DNA of 64,000 bases from Phenylobacterium deserti (GTDB lineage Bacteria > Pseudomonadota > Alphaproteobacteria > Caulobacterales > Caulobacteraceae): assembly GCA_945883235.1 (NCBI GenBank), contig CAMCXF010000009.1, forward strand, positions 34,632-98,631, written 5' to 3'. Shown in pieces: positions 32,074 to 39,980 of the stretch. Under the pieces are notes generated by a model. That model had not been told where the DNA came from. It ran no database searches and worked only from the letters and a program-made list of their open reading frames with translations. Position 1 is the first letter of the stretch; the number at the start of each line of letters is the position of its first letter. The position numbers and the translations under genes are program-made.

Positions 32074-32415
32074 ATGTACGCCCCGAAGCCAACAATTCGC
32101 CGCGCGCGGTCGCTTCGCCGCCGGATGACGCCGCCGGAAGCACGTCTCTGGGTCGCATTGCGTCGCAAAACCCAGGGGCTGCGGTTCCGCCGTCAACACC
32201 CCATCGGCCCCTATGTGCTGGATTTCTACTGCGACGCCGCCAAGCTCTGTGTGGAAGTGGACGGCCAGACACACTGGATCGGCGACGCTCAGGCGCGCGA
32301 CGCAGAGCGCGATGCCTGGTTGGCGTTGCGAGGCATCAGGACTTTGCGCATCGCGGCGAGCCTGGTGTTCGAGGATCTGGACACCGCCCTTCGAATGATC
32401 GAGGCGAACGCATAG
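32074..32415 (+). CDS. DUF559 endonuclease domain protein (paralog of 30068-30457)
   Basis: MTPPEARLWVALR...FRRQHPIGPYVLDFYCDAAKLCVEVDGQTH...RD..L...GIRTLRI. Confidence 0.8.
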   Translation: MYAPKPTIRRARSLRRRMTPPEARLWVALRRKTQGLRFRRQHPIGPYVLDFYCDAAKLCVEVDGQTHWIGDAQARDAERDAWLALRGIRTLRIAASLVFEDLDTALRMIEANA

Positions 32416-32431
32416 GCGCTGTGCGACGGAG

Positions 32432-32482
32432 GCCCCCTCCACCCCGCTTCGCGCGGTCCCCCTCCCCCGATGGGTGAGGAGA
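32432..32482. repeat. G-rich repeat arm (right arm of DUF559 cassette 2)
   Basis: By hand alignment its reverse complement differs from the arm at 31989-32039 at one position out of 51. Confidence 0.8.
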
Positions 32483-32505
32483 ATGAACGGAAGTGATGCA
32501 CCTGA

Positions 32506-32559
32506 CCCTCTCCTCCCCCGTCGGGGGAGGGGGACCAGACGTAGTCTGCTGGAGGGGGC
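32506..32559. repeat. Additional solo G-rich repeat arm (left-arm orientation)
   Basis: ccctctcctcccccgtcgggggagggggaccagacgtagtctgctggagggggc. Together with the arm at 32432 it forms a tail-to-tail doublet. Confidence 0.7.
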
Positions 32560-32618
32560 TTGGCTTGCGCCCGCGTTCAGGACAGTTTCCTCACGCTCGG
32601 AAAGGTCCCTAACTCCCC

Positions 32619-33221
32619 ATGTTTGACGCCAAACTCCGGCCGCTGATCGACCCCACCCTGAACCGCATGGGCACCGCCCTCGCGCGCCGCGGGATCACGG
32701 CCAATCAGGTGACGGTGGCGGGCGCAATCTGCGGCGCGCTGGCCGGGGTCGCCATCGGTCTGGGGCAACCGCTCATCGGCCTCGGCCTGATCCTCGCCAG
32801 CCGACTGCTGGACGGACTCGACGGTGCCATTGCGCGCGCCAGCCAGCCCACCGACTTCGGCGGCTATCTGGATATCGTCTGCGACTACGTCTTCTATCTG
32901 GCCGTGCCGCTGGGCTTCGGTTTCGCGGCCGCAGAGAACCTGCCCTTCGCCCTGGCCCTCGTGGCCGCCTTCACGCTGACGGCTGTCAGTTTCCTGGCCT
33001 ACGCGGCTCTGGCGGCCAAGCGGGGTGTCGAGACGCAGGCCCACGGGCCCAAGAGCTTCTTCTACAGCACCGGCCTGGCCGAAGGTGCCGAGACGATCCT
33101 GGCCTTCGTGTTGATGTGCCTGCTGCCTGGCCTGTTCCCGGCGGTCGCCGCCGTCTTCACGGGTCTCTGTGTCCTGACCGTGATCCAGCGTAGCATCATC
33201 GCGCGGCGTGTGTTTCGATAG
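32619..33221 (+). CDS. CDP-alcohol phosphatidyltransferase family protein
   Basis: Signature DGLDGAIARASQPTDFGGYLDIVCD (D-x2-DG-x2-AR...G-x3-D-x3-D) in a membrane protein. Confidence 0.8.
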   Translation: MFDAKLRPLIDPTLNRMGTALARRGITANQVTVAGAICGALAGVAIGLGQPLIGLGLILASRLLDGLDGAIARASQPTDFGGYLDIVCDYVFYLAVPLGFGFAAAENLPFALALVAAFTLTAVSFLAYAALAAKRGVETQAHGPKSFFYSTGLAEGAETILAFVLMCLLPGLFPAVAAVFTGLCVLTVIQRSIIARRVFR

Positions 33222-33251
33222 CGGCCGCCGACACTGATAGGGATCCTGCCG

Positions 33252-34058
33252 ATGAAACTGCTGCTCGCCCGCGCCTCCTTGATCCTCTCGCTGTTGCTGC
33301 CGGTCTATTTCCTGGTGGCGGCGCTGGGTGTGAAGTTCGGGCTCTGGCCCTGGCAGGTCGGCCTCATGAAGCTGATCATCCAGTTCGGCCTGCCGCTCAT
33401 CGGCTTCACCCTGCTGCTGGGTCTGGTGGCTCTGGTCGTCACGCTCATTCGCAAGCCGCGCACCGGCTGGGCGATGGCGCTGGTCGGTCTGCTGATCCCG
33501 GTGCTGGCGCTGGGCTATCTGGCCTCGGTGCGGGCGAAGTCGGCGGACATTCCACCGATCCATGACATCTCCACCGACATCATCGACCCGCCGGTGTTCT
33601 CGGACAAGCTGATGGCGGTGCGGCAGTCCACGGGCGCCAATCCGGTGAACGCCATGACGGCCCCGATGGCCAGCCTGAAAGCCTATCAGGCCCCGGCGTT
33701 CTCCAAGATCGCTGCCAAGACCCTGGGTCAGGTGGGCCACGAAAACTACCCCGCCGTCCGCTCCCTGACCGTCGCCGCCGACGCGTCGAAGGTCGCCGCC
33801 GCCGCCGAGGCCGAAGCCAGGGCCCAGGGCTGGACGGTGGTGACCACCGATCCGGCCACCGGTGTCGTCGAGGCGACGGCGGAAACCTTCTGGTTCGGGT
33901 TCAAGGATGATGTGGCCGTCCGCATTCGCGCGAACGCGACCGGCGGTTCGACGGTGGATGTCCGCTCGACCTCTCGCGTGGGCCTCAGCGACATCGGCGC
34001 CAACGCCGCCCGGATCCAGGCGTTCCTGACCGGCCTGAAGACGCGGCTGGCCGTCTAG
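33252..34058 (+). CDS. DUF1499-like membrane-anchored protein
   Basis: N-terminal TM helices followed by a PPIHDISTD..DPPVF-type motif that I remember from DUF1499. Confidence 0.5.
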   Translation: MKLLLARASLILSLLLPVYFLVAALGVKFGLWPWQVGLMKLIIQFGLPLIGFTLLLGLVALVVTLIRKPRTGWAMALVGLLIPVLALGYLASVRAKSADIPPIHDISTDIIDPPVFSDKLMAVRQSTGANPVNAMTAPMASLKAYQAPAFSKIAAKTLGQVGHENYPAVRSLTVAADASKVAAAAEAEARAQGWTVVTTDPATGVVEATAETFWFGFKDDVAVRIRANATGGSTVDVRSTSRVGLSDIGANAARIQAFLTGLKTRLAV

Positions 34059-34066
34059 GTCGACCT

Positions 34067-35200
34067 GTGCGCCCGCCCGGCGTTCGGGTCGTCCTGGTCG
34101 GCGCGGGCCACGCCCATCTGTATGTCCTGCGGCACGCCGGTCTTCTGCGCGCGGCCGGCGTCGAGCCGGTGTTGGTGGCACCGGCCGTGTTTCACTATTC
34201 CGGCCTGGCGACCGGCGTCCTGTCCGGTGCCCTCAGCGCTGATCGCGCCGAGATCGACGTCGCCGCACTGGCGTCCCGTTTCGGCGTCCGGCACATCATC
34301 GCCGAGGCGACGGATTTAGACCTTGCAAACAAAACTGTGCGCCTGACTGACAATCAGGACCTGGCTTTCGACGCGGTCTCCTTCAACGTCGGCAGCGTCA
34401 CGACAGATCGCCACAGCCTCGCCGGACAATCGGCCGTATGGTCAACTAAACCATCGATAAATATAATAAAATTTAAGAATTTTGTGGAGTTCCATATTCG
34501 GGATCACGGCGAAAGCCCCGCCATCGTCGTCGCTGGCGGCGGCCCCTCCGGCTTCGAAATCGCCGCCGCCCTTGCCGGACTTGTAAAGCGGAGGCGCACC
34601 GGAAATTGTATCCAAGTTGTGACAAACGGGAACGCGACATGGGGTCCGAAACGCGCGGTCGCCCAGCTCATCGCCACCCTGCAACGCCGCGGCGTCGTCG
34701 TCCTGCCTGGCGAGGTCGTCGAGCGCGGGATCGGGGTCTGTCGCCTCTCCGATGGTCAGAGTCTGCCCTGCGACATGCTGGTGCTGGCGACCGGTCTTTC
34801 GGCGGCGCCGGTGGTCGCGTCCCTGGGGTTGCCGCTCTCGGACGACCGCCGACTACGGGTCGGCCCGACCCTGCAGTCGATCGCCGATCCAGCCGTGTTC
34901 GCCGTCGGTGACTGTTCGGTGATCGACGGCGCGCCGAGGCCTGCGGCCGGCGTCTTCGGCGTGCGCGCCGTGCCGGTCCTGTTGCACAACCTGGCGGCGC
35001 TGGGCTCCGGCGGCCGGATGCGTCGCTATGTCCCCCAGCGCCGCTGGCTCTCGATCATGGATCTCGGCGACGGGACTGGACTGGCCACGCGGGGCCGACT
35101 CTGGTGGATGGGCCCGGTGGCGCTGGCCCTGAAGCGTCGCCTCGACCTGGGCTTCATCGACCGGATGCGCGCGCCGTCAGGCCACATGCTTCAGGATTGA
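34067..35200 (+). CDS. FAD-dependent pyridine nucleotide-disulfide oxidoreductase of the type found fused N-terminally to SelD in some genomes
   Basis: VVLVGAGHAHLYVL dinucleotide fold, a second fold IVVAGGGPSGFEIAAAL, and AVGDC near the C-terminus. Confidence 0.65.
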   Translation: MRPPGVRVVLVGAGHAHLYVLRHAGLLRAAGVEPVLVAPAVFHYSGLATGVLSGALSADRAEIDVAALASRFGVRHIIAEATDLDLANKTVRLTDNQDLAFDAVSFNVGSVTTDRHSLAGQSAVWSTKPSINIIKFKNFVEFHIRDHGESPAIVVAGGGPSGFEIAAALAGLVKRRRTGNCIQVVTNGNATWGPKRAVAQLIATLQRRGVVVLPGEVVERGIGVCRLSDGQSLPCDMLVLATGLSAAPVVASLGLPLSDDRRLRVGPTLQSIADPAVFAVGDCSVIDGAPRPAAGVFGVRAVPVLLHNLAALGSGGRMRRYVPQRRWLSIMDLGDGTGLATRGRLWWMGPVALALKRRLDLGFIDRMRAPSGHMLQD

Positions 35201-36595
35201 GACCAGCTTGCGTGTCCGGTCCGAGAACAGGGCCGGCGTGTAGAACGCCCCGGCCAGCCGCTTGCCGATCTCGCCCCGGGTCGGATAGGGGGCAATCATC
35301 CCGGTCAGCTGGCTGAGCTTCAGCCCCGCCGACAGCACCAGCGACCAGAGGTGGATATGGTCGCCTGCGTGGCGACCGACCAGGGTCACGCCCAGCACCT
35401 TGCCCTTGGCCGTGGTGATCAGCTTGCCGAACCCGCGCGTATCGCCTTCGGCCTGGGCGCGGTCATTCTCGGCAAACTCAAACGTCTGAATGCGGATATC
35501 GGCCCCATGCGCCTTGCGGGCCTCAGCCTCGCCCAGACCGATGGCCGCGAGTTCCGGGTCGCAATAGGTCACGCGGGGCACCGCAAGCGTGTCGGCATTG
35601 ACCGGCAGGGCAAAGATCGCCCGCCGCACCACGAGCGAGGCGTGGGCCCCGGCCAGATGCGTGAACTGGCCACGGCCCGCCGCGTCGCCGACCGCAAAGA
35701 CCCGGCGGTTCGAACTGCGCAGCGAGCGGTCGGTAATGATGCCATTGCGGTCGTGGGTAATCCCGGCCTTGTCCAGATCCAGCCCCTCCAGCGAGGGCGT
35801 GCGCCCTACCGCCACGAGCAGATGCGTGCCCGAAATCCGGGTTTCCCCCTCGGCGTGCGACAGGATGATCGTAGGGCCCGCTTCCACCCGGATCGCCTTG
35901 TGGCCGGCCAATAGCTCAACGCCGTCGGCCCGAAGCTGGTCCAGAACCACCCTGGCCGCAGCAGGATCCTCCCGCCCCAGGATCTCGGCGGCCTCGATGA
36001 TGACCACCTCCGAACCCAGCCGTCGAAACGCCTGACCCAGCTCCACGCCGATCGGGCCACCACCCAGCACGATCAGGCGCTCGGGAAGCGCCTTGAGCTC
36101 GAAGATGGTCTCGTTGGTGAGATGTGGCGTTGTATCGAGCCCCGGGATCGGCGGGATCATCGCCCGTGACCCAGTCGCCACCACGATCTTGCGGGCTTCG
36201 ACCCGGACGCTGTCGCTTGCCACCGTTCGCGCGTCGACGAAACGGGCCGCCTCGCGGATCACCTGGACTCCGAGCCCTTCGAACCGCTCCTGGCTATCGA
36301 CCGGCGCGATGGTCGCGATGGTGGCGTGGACGTGGGCCATGACCCTGGCGAAATCGACGCTCACCGATTTGGCCGTGACGCCCAGATGGCTGCCGTGCCG
36401 GGCCTCATGAGCCGCGCTGGCGGCGGCGATCAGGGCCTTGGAGGGAACGCAGCCATAGTTGAGGCAATCGCCGCCCATCTCGCCCTTCTCGAACAGGACG
36501 ACTTTCAGACCCAGCTGGGCCGCCCCCGCGGCGACGGACAGGCCGCCCGAGCCGGCGCCGAGAACGGCGATGTCGGCCTTGATCGTCTGGCTCAC
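35177..36595 (-). CDS. Class I pyridine nucleotide-disulfide oxidoreductase (dihydrolipoamide dehydrogenase/mercuric reductase-like)
   Basis: IAVLGAGSGG and the redox-active disulfide GGDCLNYGCVPSKALI, with a C-terminal dimerisation domain. It overlaps the convergent gene at 34067-35200 by 24 bp. Confidence 0.85.
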   Translation of the reverse strand: MSQTIKADIAVLGAGSGGLSVAAGAAQLGLKVVLFEKGEMGGDCLNYGCVPSKALIAAASAAHEARHGSHLGVTAKSVSVDFARVMAHVHATIATIAPVDSQERFEGLGVQVIREAARFVDARTVASDSVRVEARKIVVATGSRAMIPPIPGLDTTPHLTNETIFELKALPERLIVLGGGPIGVELGQAFRRLGSEVVIIEAAEILGREDPAAARVVLDQLRADGVELLAGHKAIRVEAGPTIILSHAEGETRISGTHLLVAVGRTPSLEGLDLDKAGITHDRNGIITDRSLRSSNRRVFAVGDAAGRGQFTHLAGAHASLVVRRAIFALPVNADTLAVPRVTYCDPELAAIGLGEAEARKAHGADIRIQTFEFAENDRAQAEGDTRGFGKLITTAKGKVLGVTLVGRHAGDHIHLWSLVLSAGLKLSQLTGMIAPYPTRGEIGKRLAGAFYTPALFSDRTRKLVSILKHVA

Positions 36596-37308
36596 AGGGT
36601 CTTTCCCGACTTGGCGCGAACGCGTTGATAGACCGTCGTCGCCAGGGTCAGTAGACCCAGGGCGACCAGCGGCAAAAGCACCTTGGGCGAGAAGATTACG
36701 CCGAGATCGGGCGTTTTTCCCTGCGCCAGCAGTTCGCCGATCCCCGCACCGATGCCGCTGTAGATGAAGGTCGCCGGCATGATGCCGATGAAGGTGGCCA
36801 GCGCATAGGCGCGCAACGGCGCGTGCGCCAGGGCGGCCGCCACATTGACCAGCCAGAACGGTGCCAACGGGATCAGGCGCAAGGTCAGGATATAGCCGAA
36901 CGCCCCGGCCTGGACGCCGTCGATCACCGACTTAAGCCGCCCGCCGGAGGCCTCGGCCTTGTCGCGCAACGCCTGGCCCAGCGAGGTCTTTACCGCATAG
37001 AACACCAGGATGGCCCCGGTCGTGGCTCCGATCACCGTGGCGACGCCGCCGACCCAGGTTCCGAACAGGTATCCGCCGGCCAGGGTCAGAACGATGGCAC
37101 CCGGCAGGCTGACCGCCGTGGCCAGCGCGTAGACAACGATGAATGTCAGCAGGGCCAGCGGTAGTTGCTGACCAACGAAGGCCCGCAGAGCGGCTTCATT
37201 GGCCTGCAGCGCTTCCAGATTGAGGTATCGGGTCGCGCCGCTGGCGAATACGGCGATGATCGCCATCACCAGGATCAACAGGGGGGCAAAGCGTTTGAGG
37301 CGGGCCAT
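36592..37308 (-). CDS. TVP38/TMEM64 (DedA-related) family membrane protein
   Basis: 238-aa polytopic protein with the ...LAGGYLFG.W.G...GAT.GA...F... pattern. It shows 4-bp overlaps with both neighbours. Confidence 0.75.
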   Translation of the reverse strand: MARLKRFAPLLILVMAIIAVFASGATRYLNLEALQANEAALRAFVGQQLPLALLTFIVVYALATAVSLPGAIVLTLAGGYLFGTWVGGVATVIGATTGAILVFYAVKTSLGQALRDKAEASGGRLKSVIDGVQAGAFGYILTLRLIPLAPFWLVNVAAALAHAPLRAYALATFIGIMPATFIYSGIGAGIGELLAQGKTPDLGVIFSPKVLLPLVALGLLTLATTVYQRVRAKSGKTL

Positions 37309-38144
37309 CAGGTCTCCGGCGTAGAATTCAGCGACCAGTCATAGGCGCCTCTGGCGATGCGGTCGACCGCTTGCAGACGCGCGCGCAACGGTGCGGCAGC
37401 ATATTGCGTAAGGTGGGCGATCACCTTTGCGTCCGTTCCTCCGAAGTCACCGCCGTACCATCGGTAAATCGAGGAGACGACCAGCTTCTCGCCTTCAAAC
37501 CGCACGCCGCGTGAATGGTTCACATAGGCGCGTGCCGCCGCGTCCAGCGCTGCTTCCAGCCCCACGCCCCGGAAGGCCTGAAGCGGCAGGTTCGGACAGC
37601 TGAACGAGGCGCAGTTGACCGCATAGTGCACCCGGGGGTCACGCCAGCCCTTACGCAGGATGTCGTGCTCGATGTTGTTCAGCGACAGGTTCACGCCTGC
37701 GACCCGCGTGATCGCCTTCCACCATGGGCCGGGCAGCGGCTTCGACGTGCGGATGTCGCGTATGGAGGCGACAGGATAGGCGTCAACCACCACCTTGATC
37801 GTGAGCGCATTGTAGAGATTGGCCCAGTAGGCGAACTGCTCGGCCCGCGTCAGGGTCAGGGGATCAAGCGCCGTCAGCAGGTCGATGTAACGCTTCAGCG
37901 CGTCTCGGTCCGCAGTGGATCGTTTCCAGCCCGCATAGTTGACCCTCACCACGCCGTCCGCCGAGCTTCTAGCCCAGCGAGCCAGCAAGGCGTCAAACCC
38001 GCCGTGGTCGACCACACCCGTTCCCGCCGTGCGGCCGGTGAAACGTGAAAGGCCCTGCGCCGACGCGGACCCTGAGCCAAACCCCAGCGAAATTCCCAGG
38101 CCTGCGCCAAGCAGGGCGCGTCTCGGGATAGGCAGAGAGATCAT
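37308..38144 (-). CDS. DUF547 domain protein (secreted/periplasmic)
   Basis: YWANLYNALTIKVVVDAYPVASIRDI...LSLNNIEHDILR...DPRVHYAVNCASFSCPNL, plus a signal peptide. Confidence 0.75.
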   Translation of the reverse strand: MISLPIPRRALLGAGLGISLGFGSGSASAQGLSRFTGRTAGTGVVDHGGFDALLARWARSSADGVVRVNYAGWKRSTADRDALKRYIDLLTALDPLTLTRAEQFAYWANLYNALTIKVVVDAYPVASIRDIRTSKPLPGPWWKAITRVAGVNLSLNNIEHDILRKGWRDPRVHYAVNCASFSCPNLPLQAFRGVGLEAALDAAARAYVNHSRGVRFEGEKLVVSSIYRWYGGDFGGTDAKVIAHLTQYAAAPLRARLQAVDRIARGAYDWSLNSTPET

Positions 38145-38221
38145 CGATCACCGTCCATTTCGCGTCGCGCCCGCAACCTGCCGCGCGATAGGGGCTATGC
38201 AAACCCCGGAAAAACGGCGGC

Positions 38222-38247
38222 AATGTGAGCTGTCGTCGCCTCACATT
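38222..38247. promoter_or_regulatory. Perfect 8-bp inverted repeat AATGTGAG-N10-CTCACATT just upstream of the RBS of the acyl-CoA ligase operon (operator or 5'-UTR hairpin)
   Basis: Read directly from the sequence. AAGGAG at 38253-38258 and the TTG start at 38265 follow. Confidence 0.3.
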
Positions 38248-38264
38248 ACTTTAAGGAGCCAAGC

Positions 38265-39899
38265 TTGTATCCAAGTCCGCCCGAACGCGTAGCCGCTTTC
38301 CGGGCGCGGGCATGGTGGCGCGGCGAAACCGTCGACGCCCTGTTCCGCAGGGCCGTCGCCGCCCGACGCGACCATGAGGCCTTGATCGATGCGCCAAACC
38401 GCGTGGCGCTGGTCGGCACGCCTCCGCAGCGACTGACCTATGCGCAGGTCGACGCCCGGGTCGACGCGATGGTGTCGGGCTTCACCCGTCTGGGCATTGG
38501 GCGTGGCGATGTGGTCGTGACGCAGCTGCCCAATGTGGTCGAAGGCGTGCTGGCGTTTCTGGCGTGCGCGCGCATGGGGGCGATCCTCAGCCCCTTGGCC
38601 ATGGCCTATCGCGGCCATGAGTTGCGCCAGATCTTGCCCTCGGTGGCGCCGAAGCTCTTCCTGACCGTCGGCGCATTCCACGGCCATGATCACGTCGCCA
38701 TGGCGTTGACGCTGAAAGCGGAGGGCGTGTTTTCGGGCGAGGTTATCGGGCTCGACCAACTGACGTCACCGGGGGGCACCGTCGCCACGCCCGCCGACCT
38801 TGACGCCGCCGAGGCCCTGACGATCTGCTGGACATCCGGCACCGAGGCCGCGCCCAAGGGCGTGCCGAGACACCATGATCACTGGGTGGTCAACGGCGAG
38901 GCGCTGGCGGAGGCCGCCAGCCTGGGCCCCGGCGACACCCTGCTCAACCCCTTCCCCCTGATCAATATCGCTGCCATCGGCGGCATGGTGATGCCGTGGC
39001 TGGTCTGTCAGGGACGGCTGGTCCAGCACCACCCCTTCGACCTGCCGGTGTTCCTGTCGCAGATGCAGGACGAGGCCGTGGCCTATACGGTGGCCCCGCC
39101 GGCGGTGCTGAACATGCTGCTGCAGAACGAAGCCCTGCTGTCGGCGACCGATCTCTCAAGCCTCAAGTGTCTGGGCTCAGGCTCCGCGCCGCTGGCACCC
39201 TGGATGGTCAAGGGCTGGCAGGATCGCTACCGCGTCACCGTGATGAACGTGTTCGGCTCCAACGAGGGCGCGTCCCTGTTCTCGACAGGCGAGGCCATTC
39301 CCGATCCGGAGCAGAGGGCCCAATTCTTCCCGAGGTTCGGTGCCGAAGACCTGGAGTGGCCCGCCGCGTTCCCGGCCAAGATCCGCACCCGGCTGGTCGA
39401 TCCCGAGACCGGGGTGGAGATCACGACGCCCGGAACCCAGGGCGAATTGCGGATCGCCGGGGCCATGACTTTCGACGGTTACTGGAAAGCACCCGAGCTG
39501 ACCCGCCTGGCCTTCGATGAGGATGGCTTCTTTCGCACCGGCGACCTGTTCGAGATCGCGGCCGAGGCGGGTGGGCGGTTCTACAAGTTTGTCGGCCGTC
39601 GCAAGGAGATCATCATCCGGGGCGGCGTGAACATCTCGCCGGCCGAACTTGACGGCCTGATCGAGAGCCACCCGGCGGTCCGTGAGGCGGCCTGCGTCGC
39701 CTACCCGGACGAGCGGCTGGGCGAGCGGGTCTGTGCGGTCGTCGCGCTGAAGCCGGGGCGGGGGCTGTCGCTGGAGGAACTCACCGCGCATCTGAAACAG
39801 CATGACATTGCAACCTACAAGTTGCCTGAACGGCTGCGGATTATCGACGCCCTGCCACGCAATCCATTGGGCAAGGTCCTGCGGCGGGAGCTGATGTAG
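38265..39899 (+). CDS. AMP-dependent synthetase/ligase (acyl-CoA synthetase family)
   Basis: Adenylation motifs TSGTEAAPKGV, GELRIAG and TGDL, and the C-terminal PRNPLGKVLRREL. Confidence 0.85.
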   Translation: MYPSPPERVAAFRARAWWRGETVDALFRRAVAARRDHEALIDAPNRVALVGTPPQRLTYAQVDARVDAMVSGFTRLGIGRGDVVVTQLPNVVEGVLAFLACARMGAILSPLAMAYRGHELRQILPSVAPKLFLTVGAFHGHDHVAMALTLKAEGVFSGEVIGLDQLTSPGGTVATPADLDAAEALTICWTSGTEAAPKGVPRHHDHWVVNGEALAEAASLGPGDTLLNPFPLINIAAIGGMVMPWLVCQGRLVQHHPFDLPVFLSQMQDEAVAYTVAPPAVLNMLLQNEALLSATDLSSLKCLGSGSAPLAPWMVKGWQDRYRVTVMNVFGSNEGASLFSTGEAIPDPEQRAQFFPRFGAEDLEWPAAFPAKIRTRLVDPETGVEITTPGTQGELRIAGAMTFDGYWKAPELTRLAFDEDGFFRTGDLFEIAAEAGGRFYKFVGRRKEIIIRGGVNISPAELDGLIESHPAVREAACVAYPDERLGERVCAVVALKPGRGLSLEELTAHLKQHDIATYKLPERLRIIDALPRNPLGKVLRRELM

Positions 39900-39980
39900 G
39901 TCGCTACGGACTTGGCCCCGCCGGGATCACTTGTATAATCAGACTCACTGACTTTCAGGCATCAAGCTGGCGAGGAAACC

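Noticed and set aside
34612-34623. A shared 12-mer GTTGTGACAAAC here and, reverse-complemented, at about 46210-46221 in the carotenoid-oxygenase promoter region; possibly a common regulator site.
   Set aside because: A single 12-nt coincidence in 64 kb on two strands is within chance expectation. There is no third copy or dyad symmetry beyond TTGTGACAA, so it is too weak to call.
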